Below, one piece after another: positions 41,772 to 57,853 of a DNA stretch of 64,000 bases (position 1 is its first letter; each line of letters opens with the position of its first letter). This DNA comes from Eledone cirrhosa (Eukaryota), in NCBI GenBank assembly GCA_964016885.1, contig OZ024743.1, positions 216,752,001-216,816,000 on the forward strand, given 5' to 3'. A program made the translations under genes and the position numbers. The notes under the pieces are model-generated. The model worked only from the letters and a program-made list of their open reading frames with translations, had not been told where the DNA came from and ran no database searches.

Positions 41772-42018
41772 CGAATATAGACATATATACACACATAGAT
41801 ATACATATATATATACATATACACACACACACACACACACTCACATATATATGTGCGCACACGCACACATATACACATACACACATATACACATAAACAC
41901 ATACATGTGCATACATGTACATACACACATATACCCACATAGATACGAAGATAGACATATATATAGAGAGACATACATATATATACACACATACATATAT
42001 ATATACACATACATACAT

Positions 42019-42057
<39 letters not shown>

Positions 42058-42859
42058 CACATACACGCCCACACACATATACACATATACACATATATAT
42101 ATATATATATATACACATACACATATATATACACATGCATATATACACATATATATATACACACACACATATATATACACACAATCTTACATTTTTATTT
42201 GCATGCGCATATGTGTATTTTTATATTCAGATATAAATACCCAAACATATATACACCTACCTACATATATATTCATACATACACGCTTACAAACACAGAT
42301 GATAATAGTATGGGGGAAAGGGGGGGGTTGGAGAAGGGGATTATAGTAAATATATGTTTCAAGAAACATAGAATATTATCTGTATCTGGATCCAATGTAT
42401 GTTTTTACATAGTTTCAGTGTTAGGAAATACAAGAAATAAGGCAAAATTTATGCATTTCAAAATAAGTATACCATTAATTATATGTTAACTAAACTAAAG
42501 ATAGTTAACATATTGATTTCTAAGGTGTAAATTAGTTAGGTTTATAATATTTGAAGCAGAATTTTGAAGTTAAATAGTAGTAGAGTATTAATTATAGTAT
42601 AACTAAATTAAAGTTATTAACGTTATGGTATCAATATTAGGAAATGAATTTAGTAATAGGGAAAAAACAAATAAAGTATTACATCGGTAGTAGAATATAA
42701 ATTATAGGTTAACTAAATTAAAAATTATATATTAATTTCTATAGTATATGTTAATTAGGTATATAATAAATAAAACAGATATTGTATTTTATCAATAGCA
42801 GAATATAATTATATGCAAATAGAAATCAAAATTAATACATATACATATACATATACATA

Positions 42860-42925
<66 letters not shown>

Positions 42926-43413
42926 TACACATACATATACATACATACATATACATATTTTTTCAAAAATTGCAAAGAATATATTAACTAGGTATACATC
43001 CAAAACACATCCCATTCTATGATTACATGACACTCTGCAATCCGTCTGTATAAGGATACTAATTTTAAGCCAATTAAATTAAATTTTTAGGCTGACTAAA
43101 TTTAAAACCAAATTATAAATATATTTCTAAAATGTATATTAATTAGGTCTATAATACTAAAGATTATTTCTCTGTCATTGGATACACGATATTTTGTTAT
43201 ATTTTATCTGTAAAGGAATTTTAATAAAAGGTTTAAATAAATTAAAATTAATCTATAAATTAAATTACTAAGTATATATTAGTAATATTTAAAGGTTTTT
43301 CACAATTTATGATTACACAATATTTTATATTCTCATCTGTAGTAGAATTTTAATTAAATTAAATTTATAGGTTAACTAACATTTAAATTAAATTAATTTC
43401 TAAAATAATGTTA

Positions 43414-44350
43414 TTAATTAGGTTTATAATATTTAAATGTTTTTTTTAGTTTATGATTACACGATATAATTAATTCCTGTCGTTTATTTAATAGGATATC
43501 CTTAGATTTCATTATTTCAAATAGTTCTTGGGAACATAATCTACATTCATTTCTATTATTTTGATAAGGGGTGGCTCTTTTGAGCACACTCCAGGTCAAA
43601 TCATATTCTATATTCTTATTTTTATAACTATTGATTTTTTCTGCTAGAGATGTTGTATTAGCCAGTGCGGCATTTTTAAAACTATGCTTGTGGGTATTAA
43701 ACCTTGTCTTAAAATTGTTAGAGGTAGCTCCTATATATGAGCAAATATAATCTTTAGTTTTAACATTACATTTATAGACTATGTTGTTAACAAGACAATT
43801 CCCTTTTAATGGGCAGTTTGCTTTGTTTCTACAGTTACAACCTTTCGTTAATTCTGTATTTGAGGAGATATTATGGTTAATTTGATGTACTGGTGGTATA
43901 CTTATGGTTTTCTTACACTTATATGCATTATAGGCACTTATATTTTGTTTTATGTTATTTGTTGTAGAGTATGAGAATTTAACTGTAGACCTATTTAAGA
44001 TTTGATGGTATTTGTGGTTTGGCGGGAAGTTTTTCTCTAGGATATAAAAAAATTTTTTAGCAATATTATCCTTAATTTGTAAATTAAATGGAGCATTATA
44101 CCAAGTAACCCGTCTATTACGGTTTCTATGTTGTTTATTATTTTTATTATTTTTATAGGTTGTATCGTGATGTTTACTAGGAGGATTAATGTTAATGATC
44201 TCACCACAACCATTTTTAGTTATATTTGTAGATTTAGGTGTTTTATCCTTTTTATTAGGAGTTTTATTATTAATATTTGTTAGAGTTGTATGATGAGTAG
44301 TTTTTTGAGAGTTACTATATTTTATATTAGAAGATTTGGTATTTTGGGGT
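43414..44350 (-). pseudogene. 5'-truncated copy of the PLE ORF (linker + GIY-YIG part)
   Basis: ORF 43414-43599 equals the C-terminus of the 46295-48757 protein (TWSVLKRATPY...KYYKPN); the reverse-complement match extends to ~44350. Confidence 0.9.
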
Positions 44351-44476
44351 ATACAGACGGATTGCAGAGTGTCATGTAATCATAGAATGGGATGTGTTTT
44401 GGATGTATACCTAGTTAATATATTCTTTGCAATTTTTGAAAAAATATGTATATGTATGTATGTATATGTATGTGTA

Positions 44477-44534
<58 letters not shown>

Positions 44535-44729
44535 TATATGTAGATAAATCTACCAAGAGTTTACGGTAGTGTCCAATCCGTATGAAGAACTCAATGTATT
44601 CCGGATATCATGGAAAGAAGAGATGTAATGAAAAACCACTTTCGGTGAAAGATAAACGGTATACAGAGTCAAGATAAAATATTAAACAAATAATGAATAA
44701 ACAATTCCTTATATTAAACAAAAAAAGTT

Positions 44730-44880
44730 CATTATTTAACGATCGTTTCTAGGATATATATGTGTTAGAATTGGTATGCATATTCAACAGATCTATGTAC
44801 AAAATTATACAAAATTATACAAATTATCAAGATTAAATATACATACCAAACACATATATACGCCGTCTTCAGAAATAATG
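44730..44880 (-). ncRNA. pLTR hammerhead with extended stem II (copy B)
   Basis: Reverse complement of 45820-45970. Confidence 0.75.
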
Positions 44881-45819
44881 AAGTATATTTATTGATAATA
44901 ACAACAATTCAAAATTTCAGTTCAAAATTGACCAATGAAAACACAAAGGGTTAAATGCAGTTCGGTGTGTGTATATACATGTAAAACCCTTACACATATT
45001 TTACAAAAATGTATGTATAATTTGTATACGCATACTAAAAGGATGGATGCAAATACAAAATTTCAAGGTTAATGTCTCTGTAAGCTTACAATGCGCAGAT
45101 AAGATGCGGATTGATACTTATGAAATCAAGTATATAAATATATTTTTTCATACTCACACATATCAGTACAATCACACATACACGCGCGTATATGCATAAA
45201 TATACACAGAACCACTGTATGTGTATGTATATTATATTATATTTATTATATTTTATTGTTTTATTTTTTTATTTTTCTTAATTTATAGATACATTTATAT
45301 TAGGCAGTCTGCTCAGACAGTTGAATACTGACCCCTCCCCCCCCCCCCTCCCACCTAATTTCTGTATCTTGATCTAGAAATGTGTGTGCCAGTGTTTTAT
45401 GTGAGTGTATTAATATCCATGTGCTTATGATTTTATATCCACATATATAAATGTGAGTGGGGGTGTGTGTGTGTTTGTATGTTCGTGGTTGTGTGTATAT
45501 TTATGCATATACGCGCGTGTATGTGTGATTGTACTGATATGTGTGAGTATGAAAAAATATATTTATATACTTGATTTCATAAGTATCAATCCGCATCTTA
45601 TCTGCGCATTGTAAGCTTACAGAGACATTAACCTTGAAATTTTGTATTTGCATCCATCCTTTTAGTATGCGTATACAAATTATACATACATTTTTGTAAA
45701 ATATGTGTAAGGGTTTTACATGTATATACACACACCGAACTGCATTTAACCCTTTGTGTTTTCATTGGTCAATTTTGAACTGAAATTTTGAATTGTTGTT
45801 ATTGTCAATAAATATACTT

Positions 45820-45970
45820 CATTATTTCTGAAGACGGCGTATATATGTGTTTGGTATGTATATTTAATCTTGATAATTTGTATAATTTTGTATAATTTTG
45901 TACATAGATCTGTTGAATATGCATACCAATTCTAACACATATATATCCTAGAAACGATCGTTAAATAATG
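45820..45970 (+). ncRNA. pLTR hammerhead with extended stem II (copy C)
   Basis: CATTATTT-CTGAAGA-[116 nt: GG(C)GTATATATGTGTT...AACACATATATATCC-TA]-GAAAC-GATC-GTT/AAATAATG; 8-bp stem I and palindromic stem III. Confidence 0.75.
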
Positions 45971-46315
45971 AACTTTTTTTGTTTAATATAAGGAATTGTT
46001 TATTCATTATTTGTTTAATATTTTATCTTGACTCTGTATACCGTTTATCTTTCACCGAAAGTGGTTTTTCATTACATCTCTTCTTTCCATGATATCCGGA
46101 ATACATTGAGTTCTTCATACGGATTGGACACTACCGTAAACTCTTGGTAGATTTATCTACATAATTTTGCTCCTATTTTCACGGAAATATTCGTATTTTT
46201 GTACTGTATGCGTGTATTAATTTTATATTTATGTATAAACATATATATATGTATGATTTTGTAAACCCATATACATTTAGTTGAGCTCTTTCAATTGTCC
46301 ATCATCCATATCACA

Positions 46316-48757
46316 ATGGAAAAACAATATTTAGGAACCTCCTTAAAAAACATACCAATACCTTCTAAGGACGACTTCTTACTCCTTATGATTCAGAAAA
46401 CTAATAATTTTATCAGAAGGGTTAGATGGAGAGCCTACCACTTCGATAGAAAATCTAAACAAGCAGATCGGAAATATATGTATGATTTCAATACTTACAA
46501 GAATCCACCACACAACTTTTTACTTGAAGACTTCGAGAAAGACCTTTTTAATTTAATTAAACACCTCAAATTTAAAAAGTATAAATCCGTCTTTCAAAAG
46601 GACCTTGATTCTACCCTATTGGACCTAAAAAAGTCTAAAGAAATCCATGTCCACTCGGACAAAACTGGTAACTTGTATCATATGGATATTGAACATTATA
46701 ACGAGTTCATATATAAAGAACTCAGAAAAAATTATAAAAAATCTAATAATGTGTCACTCACCAACATCAACAACAAAACACACAACATAGTAAAAAAACT
46801 AAACATTGAAGATAGAACTGAACCTTTGGCATTGAAAAGACCACACTTCAACCTGAAAGATCACAAATCTAACTTTAACTCAAATCCTTCTATTAGACTT
46901 ATATGTCCCTCCAAATCAGATATTGGAATAATTAGCAAAAAAATTTTAGATAGAGTCATCCCACAAATAAGAAAACACGTTATTTTACCACTCTGGGAAA
47001 ACACCTCCCAGGTAATTAACTGGTTTAAAAATATTAGGTGTAAATCTTCTGCTTCTTTCCTACAATTTGATATAGATAATTACTATTCTTCTATATCACC
47101 TATACTCCTGAACAAAGCATTGATATTTGCTAAAAATAGATCTAACTTAACTTTGGATGACATTAACATTATTACACATGCTAGACTAACACTTATTGAA
47201 TTTCAGAATGAATACTGGACCAGAAACACATACAGTAATCTTTTTGATATTACTATGGGTTCAAGCGATTCCGCCCAAATTACTGATCTTGTGGGCCTCT
47301 TTCTCCTTTTCAACATAAATGCCTCTTTTCCCCACCTCAAAGGTGGTTTATATCGTGATGACTGTCTTCTTCTTTCTAACAACCTTAGCCTTTCAGAAAT
47401 CGAAAAAAACAAAAAACATATTAGAACTTTCCTTAAAGACTATTATAATCTTAATATTACTTTTGAAAAAACAAGTAAAGTAGTAAATTTCCTAGATATA
47501 ACTTTAGATTTAGCTACGGGTATCTACCAACCTTACCATAAACCTAACCAAAACTTACATTACATACACTCACAATCTAATCACCCTAAATCTATCCTTA
47601 AAAACCTTGCATATAATATATCACTTAGAATTTCTAACCTTTCTTCTAACCAAGATGTATTTGATAAAAATGCGACCTTCTATAACGAAGCTCTAGATAG
47701 AAGTGGCCACAAAAATAGATTAGAGTATATACCTTCTACTAAAAATACTGAAAGCATACAACATAATATTACCAACAAACACCAAATGAAAAGTACACAC
47801 CTAAATGCCACCCACACTATACCCCAAAATACTAAATCTTCTAATATAAAGTATAGTAACTCTCAAAAAACTACTCATCATACAACTATAATAAATATTA
47901 ATAATAAAACTCCTAATAAAAAAGATAAAACACCTAAATCTACAAATATAACTAAAAATAGTTGTGGTGAGATCATTAACATTAATCCTCCTAGTAAAAA
48001 TCACGATACAACCTATAAAAATAATAAAAATAATAAACAACATAGAAACCGTAATAGACGGGTTACTTGGTATAATGCTCCTTTTAATTTACAAGTTAAG
48101 GATAATATTGCTAAAAAATTTTTTTATATCCTTGAGAAAAACTTCCCGCCAAACCACAAATACCATCAAATCTTAAATAGGTCTACAGTTAAATTCTCAT
48201 ACTCTACAACAAATAACATAAAACAAAATATAAGTGCATATAATGCATATAAATGTAAGAAAACCATAAGTATACCACCAGTACATCAAATTAACCATAA
48301 TATCTCCTCAAATACAGAATTAACGAAAGGATGTAACTGTAGAAACAAAGCAAACTGCCCATTAAAAGGGAATTGTCTTGTTAACAACATAGTCTATAAA
48401 TGTAATGTTAAAACTAAAGATTCTATTTGCTCATATATAGGAGCTACCTCTAACAATTTTAAGACAAGGTTTAATACCCACAAGCATAGTTTTAAAAATG
48501 CCGCACTGGCTAATACAACATCTCTAGCAGAAAAAATCAATAGTTATAAAAATAAGAATATAAAATATGATTTGACCTGGAGTGTGCTCAAAAGAGCCAC
48601 CCCTTATCAAAATAATAGAAATGAATGTAGATTATGTTCCCAAGAACTATTTGAAATAATGAAGTCTAAGGATATCTTATTAAATAAACGACAGGAATTA
48701 ATTATATCGTGTAATCATAAACTAAAAAAAACATTTAAATATTATAAACCTAATTAA
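46316..48757 (+). CDS. Penelope-like retroelement polyprotein (RT + C-terminal GIY-YIG endonuclease), Naiad-like, apparently intact
   Basis: First in-frame ATG at 46316. Motifs: SLKNIPIP, SDKTGNLY, LKDHK, IRLICP, FDIDNYY, ITMGS, LYRDD, NFLDITL, YHKPN..YIHSQSNHP, CNCRNKANCPLKGNC, IVY..YIG..FKTRFNTH, CRLC..E..LLNKR. Clade call rests on DKT (not DKG), YRDD and the CxCx5C linker. Confidence 0.92.
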   Translation: MEKQYLGTSLKNIPIPSKDDFLLLMIQKTNNFIRRVRWRAYHFDRKSKQADRKYMYDFNTYKNPPHNFLLEDFEKDLFNLIKHLKFKKYKSVFQKDLDSTLLDLKKSKEIHVHSDKTGNLYHMDIEHYNEFIYKELRKNYKKSNNVSLTNINNKTHNIVKKLNIEDRTEPLALKRPHFNLKDHKSNFNSNPSIRLICPSKSDIGIISKKILDRVIPQIRKHVILPLWENTSQVINWFKNIRCKSSASFLQFDIDNYYSSISPILLNKALIFAKNRSNLTLDDINIITHARLTLIEFQNEYWTRNTYSNLFDITMGSSDSAQITDLVGLFLLFNINASFPHLKGGLYRDDCLLLSNNLSLSEIEKNKKHIRTFLKDYYNLNITFEKTSKVVNFLDITLDLATGIYQPYHKPNQNLHYIHSQSNHPKSILKNLAYNISLRISNLSSNQDVFDKNATFYNEALDRSGHKNRLEYIPSTKNTESIQHNITNKHQMKSTHLNATHTIPQNTKSSNIKYSNSQKTTHHTTIININNKTPNKKDKTPKSTNITKNSCGEIININPPSKNHDTTYKNNKNNKQHRNRNRRVTWYNAPFNLQVKDNIAKKFFYILEKNFPPNHKYHQILNRSTVKFSYSTTNNIKQNISAYNAYKCKKTISIPPVHQINHNISSNTELTKGCNCRNKANCPLKGNCLVNNIVYKCNVKTKDSICSYIGATSNNFKTRFNTHKHSFKNAALANTTSLAEKINSYKNKNIKYDLTWSVLKRATPYQNNRNECRLCSQELFEIMKSKDILLNKRQELIISCNHKLKKTFKYYKPN

Positions 48758-49280
48758 TAACATTATTTTAGAAATTAATTTAATTTAAATGTTAGTTAAC
48801 CTATAAATTTAATTTAATTAATATTTTATTACAGATGAGAATATAAAATATTATGTAATCATAAATTGTGAAAAACCTTTAAATATTACTAATATATACT
48901 TAGTAATTTAATTTATAGATTAATTTTAATTTATTTAAACCTTTTATTATAACTCTTTTACAGATAAAATATAACAAAATAATATCGTGTATCCAATGAC
49001 AGAGAAATAATTTTTAGTATTATAGACCTAATTAATATACATTTTAGAAATATATTTATTATTTGGTTTTAGTTTTAATCAACCTAAAAATTTTAATTTT
49101 AATTTGCTTAAAATTAGTATCCTTATACAGACGAATTGCAGAATGTCATGTAATCATAGAATGGGATGTGTTTTGGATATATACCTAGTTAATATATTCT
49201 ATGCAATTTTTTGAAAAAGATATGTATATGTATATGTGTATGTGTATGTGTGTGTGTGTATGTGTATGTGTATGTATGTA

Positions 49281-49327
<47 letters not shown>

Positions 49328-50446
49328 ATATATATGTGTATGTGTATGTGTATGTATATGTATATGTATGCGTATTAATTTTGATTTCTATTTGCATATA
49401 ATTATATTATGCTATTGATGAAATACAGTATCTGCTTTATGTATTGTATACCTAATTAACATATACTATTGAAATAAATATATAATTTTTAATTTAGTTA
49501 ACATATAATTTATATTCTACTACCGATGTAATACTTTATTTTATTTTTATTTGGGTTTTTTTTCCCTATTACTAAATTCATTTCCTAATATTGATACCAT
49601 AACGTTATTAACTTTAATTTAGTTATACTGTAATTAATAATCTACTACTGTTTGACTTCAAAATTCTGCTTCAAATATTATAAACCTAACTAATTTAGAC
49701 CTTAGAAATCAATATGTTGACTATCTTTGGTTTAGTTAACATATGATTAATGGTATACTTATTTATTTTGAGATGCATAGATTTTGCCTTAGTTCTTGTT
49801 TGTCGTGTTTCCTAACACTGAAAATATGTAAGAACATACATTGGATAAAGATACGGAAAATATTCTATGTTTCTTGAAACATATATTTACTTTGATCCCC
49901 TTCTCCAAACCCCCCCTTTCCCCCATACTATTATCATCTGTATTTGTAAGCGTCTATGTATGAATATATATGTAGGTAGGTGTCTATATAGGTTTGGGTA
50001 TTTATATCTAAATATAAAAATACATATATGCGCATGCAAATATGAATGTAAGATTGGGTGTGTATATATGAGTGTGTATATATATGTATATATGTGTATA
50101 TATGCATTATATATGTATGTGTATGTGAATGTGTGTACGTATATGTGTATGTATGTGTATATATGTGTATATATGTTTATGCATGTATATATAGGAATAT
50201 ATATATGTATATATATATGTATATGTATATGCGTGTGTATGTATGTGTGTGTATGTGTGTTGTGTGTATATATATGTATGTCTCTCTATTTATATGTTTA
50301 TCTTCGTATCTATGTGATATATGTGTGTGTGTGTGTGCATGTATGCATATGTATGTGTTTATGTGTATTTGTGTGTGTGTGTATATATGTGTGTGTGCGC
50401 ACACACACATATATATATGTGAGTGTGTATATGTATCTGTGTATAT

Positions 50447-50513
<67 letters not shown>

Positions 50514-50603
50514 TGTCTATGTGTGAATATATGTCTTTATTCGTATGTGTGTATTTATGTATGTATATGTTTATATGTATGTATGTATATGTATGTATGT
50601 ATG

Positions 50604-50654
<51 letters not shown>

Positions 50655-51244
50655 CTTTATTATTATAATATAACTTATGTGTATGTGTGTATAAGTGAGG
50701 TTGTGTATGTGTATATAATATGTGTATATATAAGTGTAAAAAAATATATATATATATGTGCATGTCTGTTTTTTATGTGTGTGTATATATATATATATAT
50801 ATATACGTGTGTATATATATATATATATGTGGGTGTTTGTATGTGTATTTATGGTGGTATGAGTGTGTGGATATCTATGTGTATATATATATATATATAT
50901 ATATGTATGAGTGTATGTGTGTGTATATATATATATATATATATGTGTATATATATATATATATATATGTGTATGTATGTGTGTATATATATATCTCTAT
51001 TAATGCGTGTGTGTATGTATATACATATGCCTTTTTATTATTATTTTTATTTGTATGTCTGAGTTAGGTGAGGTTGTAGTGGTTTTTTATGTATATACGC
51101 ATATATGGATGCGTATGTATTTGTATATATGAGTATAAGTAAGTGCATATGTATGTATGATTATATATCTAATTCTATGTATGAATATACATGTATATAT
51201 ATATGTGTGTATGTAAGTTGTGTGTGTATGTATCTATATGTCTA

Positions 51245-51285
<41 letters not shown>

Positions 51286-51370
51286 CGATGTGCGTATATG
51301 TATGTACATGTATGTACATGTATGTGTGTATGTATGTGTATGTATATTTAGATGTATGTGTATGTATATG

Positions 51371-51403
<33 letters not shown>

Positions 51404-52222
51404 ATATATATATAGGTATATATCTTTATTATTTATTTTTTTTATATATATGTGTATGTGTGTATGTGTTGCGTGTGTGTGTGTGTGTATATATATATCT
51501 TTATATATGTGTATGTGTATGTTCGTGTAAGTGTATGTGTGTGTATGACTGTATATGTATGTGTGTATGTGTGTATGCGTAAATATTTCTATGTGTGCGT
51601 ACATGTATGTATGTGTATATATCTGTATGTGTATGTATATTATATTATATTTATTATATTTTATTGTTTTATTTTTTTATTTTTCTTAATTTATAGATAC
51701 ATTTATATTAGGCAGTCTGCTCAGACAGTTGAATACTGACCCCTCCCCCCCTCCCACCTAATTTCTGTATCTTGATCTAGAAATGTGTGTGCCAGTGTTT
51801 TATGTGAGTGTATTAATATCCATGTGCTTATGATTTTATATCCACATATATAAATGTGAGTGGGGGTGTGTGTGTGTTTGTATGTTCGTGGTTGTGTGTA
51901 TATTTATGCATATACGCGCGTGTATGTGTGATTGTACTGATATGTGTGAGTATGAAAAAATATATTTATATACTTGATTTCATAAGTATCAATCCGCATC
52001 TTATCTGCGCATTGTAAGCTTACAGAGACATTAACCTTGAAATTTTGTATTTGCATCCATCCTTTTAGTATGCGTATACAAATTATACATACATTTTTGT
52101 AAAATATGTGTAAGGGTTTTACATGTATATACACACACCGAACTGCATTTAACCCTTTGTGTTTTCATTGGTCAATTTTGAACTGAAATTTTGAATTGTT
52201 GTTATTATCAATAAATATACTT

Positions 52223-52373
52223 CATTATTTCTGAAGACGGCGTATATATGTGTTTGGTATGTATATTTAATCTTGATAATTTGTATAATTTTGTATAATT
52301 TTGTACATAGATCTGTTGAATATGCATACCAATTCTAACACATATATATCCTAGAAACGATCGTTAAATAATG
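52223..52373 (+). ncRNA. pLTR hammerhead with extended stem II (copy D)
   Basis: Same sequence as copy C. Confidence 0.75.
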
Positions 52374-52452
52374 AACTTTTTTTGTTTAATATAAGGAATT
52401 GTTTATTCATTATTTGTTTAATATTTTATATATATATATATATATATATGTG

Positions 52453-52483
<31 letters not shown>

Positions 52484-53265
52484 TAATTTTGATTTCTATT
52501 TGCATATAATTATATTCTGCTATTGATAAATTACAATATCTGTTTTATTTATTATATACCTAATTAACATATACTATAGAAATTAATATATAATTTTTAA
52601 TTTAGTTAACCTATAATTTATATTCTACTACCGATGTAATACTTTATTTGTTTTTTCCCTATTACTAAATTCATTTCCTAATATTGATACCATAACGTTA
52701 ATAACTTTAATTTAGTTATACTATAATTAATACTCTACTACTATTTAACTTCAAAATTCTGCTTCAAATATTATAAACCTAACTAATTTACACCTTAGAA
52801 ATCAATATGTTAACTATCTTTAGTTTAGTTAACATATAATTAATGGTATACTTATTTTGAAATGCATAAATTTTGCCTTATTTCTTGTATTTCCTAACAC
52901 TGAAACTATGTAAAAACATACATTGGATCCAGATACAGATAATATTCTATGTTTCTTGAAACATATATTTACTATAATCCCCTTCTCCAACCCCCCCCCC
53001 CTTTCCCCCATACTATTATCATCTGTGTTGGTAAGCGTGTATGTATGAATATATATGTAGGTAGGTGTATATATGTTTGGGTATTTATATCTGAATATAA
53101 AAATACACATATGCGCATGCAAATAAAAATGTAAGATTGTGTGTATATATATGTGTGTGTGTATATATATATGTGTATATATGCATGTGTATATATATGT
53201 GTATGTGTATATATATATATATATATATATGTGTATATGTGTATATGTGTGTGGGCGTGTATGTG

Positions 53266-53306
<41 letters not shown>

Positions 53307-53553
53307 ATGTATGTATGTGTATATATATATGTATGTGTGTATATATATGTATGTCTCTCTATATATATGTCTATCTTCGTATCTATGTGGGTATATGTGT
53401 GTATGTACATGTATGCACATGTATGTGTTTATGTGTATATGTGTGTATGTGTATATGTGTGCGTGTGCGCACATATATATGTGAGTGTGTGTGTGTGTGT
53501 GTGTATATGTATATATATATGTATATCTATGTGTGTATATATGTCTATATTCG

Positions 53554-53584
<31 letters not shown>

Positions 53585-54143
53585 TATTTATTATTATAAT
53601 ATAACTTATGTGTATGTGTGTATATGTGAGGGTGTGTATATGTATATATATGTGTATATATATGTGTAAAAATATATATGTGTATGTGTGTTTTTTGTGT
53701 GTGTGTATATATATGTATGTATATATGTGTGTATGTGTGTGTTTGTATGTGTGTTTATGGTTGTATGTGTGTGTGGGTGTATATATATAAATGTATGTGT
53801 ATATATATATATATATATATGTGTATATGTATCTCTATTAATGTGTGTATATATGTATATGTATATACCTTTTTCTTTGTATGTCTGAGTTGTGTGAGAG
53901 TGTAGTGGTGTTTGTATGTATATACGCATATATGGATGCGTATGTATTTGTATATATGAGTATATGTAAGTGCGTATGTATGTATGAATATATATCTTTG
54001 TCTATGTATGAGTATATATGTGTATGTATGTATGTTGTGTGTGTATGTATGTATGTGTCTATGTGTGTGTATATATATATATATATGTGTGTATATGTAT
54101 GTATGTATGTGTATGTATGTACATGTATGTCTATGTATATGTG

Positions 54144-54194
<51 letters not shown>

Positions 54195-54380
54195 TTTATA
54201 TATATGTGTGTGTGTGTATGTGTGTGTGTGTATATATATCTTTATATATGTGTATGTGTATGTTCGTGTAGGTGTATGTGTGTGTATGACTATATATGTA
54301 TGTGTGTATGTGTGTATGTATGTATATGTATGTGTGTGTACATGTATGTATGTGTATGTATATGTATGTGTGTATATGTG

Positions 54381-54419
<39 letters not shown>

Positions 54420-54717
54420 ATATATATATATATATGTATATGTATCTCTATTTGTATATGTATATGTGTATAGGTATATACCTTTTTCTTTGTATGTCTG
54501 AGTTGTGTGAGAGTGTAGTGGTGTTTGTATGTATATACCGATATATGGATGCGTAAGTATTTGTGTGTATGTATGTATGTATGTCTGTATGTATTTGTGT
54601 GTATATATAGGTATGTATGTGTATATCTGTATGTATATAAGTATGTATGTGTATGTATATGTGCGTGTATGTGTATATATATGTGTGTCTATATATGTAT
54701 GTGTGATTATATGTGTA

Positions 54718-54760
<43 letters not shown>

Positions 54761-54842
54761 GTATGTGTGTATATGTGTGTATGTGTGTATATGTATATGT
54801 TTATATATGTGTGTGTATGTATGTTCTAAGTGTAGATGTGTG

Positions 54843-54893
<51 letters not shown>

Positions 54894-55548
54894 ATGTATA
54901 TATATGTATATATATATATATTTTCTTGATATATTTCTTTTTTCTCTTTTTTCTTTTTCTTTTCTTTCCTTTTTAATTTTTATTTTTTATTTCTTAGTTT
55001 ATAGATACATCTATAAATAAGCAGTCTGCCCAAACCGTTGAATACTGACCTCTCCCCCCCTCCCACCTAATTTCTGTATCTTGATCTAAATGTGTGTGGC
55101 AGTGTTTATGTGAGTGAATTAATATCCATGTGCTTATGATAATATTATATCCACATATATATATATGTATGTGGGGGTATGTGTGTGTGTGTATGTTCGT
55201 AATTATGTGTATGTTTATGCATATACGCGCGCGTGTGTGTGATTGTACGGATATGTGTGAGTATGAGAATATGTGTATACACTTATTTCATATTTATGTG
55301 TCTATACGCATCTTATCTGTGCATTATAAACTTACAGAGACATTAACCTTGAAATTTTGTATTTGCATGCATCTTTTTGGCAAGCGTATGCATGTTGAGC
55401 ATACATTTTTGTATAAATATGAGTACGGGGTAGTTACATGTATATACACACACCGAACTGCATAAAACCTTTTGTATTTTCATTGGTCAATTTTGTTCCC
55501 AAACGGACCTGAAATTTTGAATTGTTGTTATTATCAATAAATATATTT

Positions 55549-55698
55549 CATTATTTCTGAAGACGGCGTATATATGTGTTGGTATGTATATTTAATCTTG
55601 ATAGTTTGTATAATTTTGTATAATTTTATACATAGATCTGTTGAATATGCATGCCAATTCTAACACATATATATCCTAGAAACGATCGTTAAATAATG
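55549..55698 (+). ncRNA. pLTR hammerhead with extended stem II (copy E, second subfamily)
   Basis: Same core and stems as copy C; differences fall inside the stem II insert. Confidence 0.75.
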
Positions 55699-55897
55699 AA
55701 CTTTTTTTGTTTAATATAAGGAACTGTTTCATTGTTTTATTCATTATTTGTTTAATATTTTATCTTGACTCTGTATACCGTTTATCTTTCACCGAAAGTG
55801 ATTTTTCATTACATCTCTTCTTTCCATGATATCCGGAATACATTGAGTTCTTCATACGGATTGGACACTACCGTAAACTCTTGGTAGATTTATCTAC

Positions 55898-57205
<1,308 letters not shown>

Positions 57206-57792
57206 TTTTTGCTAAAGAAATAAAGAGAGAGACATAAAAAGTGACACTGACAAAGAAGAAGAGATATAGAAAGAACGGTGTCATTGAGTAAAAATGAAGG
57301 ATAGAGAGAGAAAGGGGGCATATTAAAACCATGATTCAAACGTAAGAAAATAAATAAAAAAAAAAAAATAAATATCGTATTAAAAATAAATATTATTTTA
57401 TATTTTTCTTCAAATAATTTCTTTGAATTTCAATTATATTTTTCCAGTTCTCTTTTTTCTAGAATGCTTTTTTTTTTCTTTGTAAAGATTTAGCAAACGT
57501 TGTGTAGAACTTTTCACTACTTCTATCTCTTTCACTTTTGCTTAGAGTATCTCTTTACCTATCTCTCAAACTGATCTTCATTTCTTTTGTCTGCTATTTC
57601 ACACTTCTTTTTCTCTGTGACTTCAGATATGCTTCTCTTTTCTTCAATTATGATAGTTTTTGATCGATGGACTCCATTCAGAGTGGAATTTACAGATATT
57701 TTGGGATTTGTGACGTCAGCAATAATTGAACCTATTAATTTGCTGTTGGCAATGATGAGAACCTGTAGATAAATAGATAGTCAGAAAAATAT

Positions 57793-57853
<61 letters not shown>

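Noticed and set aside
57559-57762. Possible minus-strand host exon (ctacag acceptor, 67 codons VLIIANSK...QFER then TAG)
   Set aside because: No recognisable homology, no partner exons, and it sits next to an assembly gap; it cannot be supported without RNA-seq.
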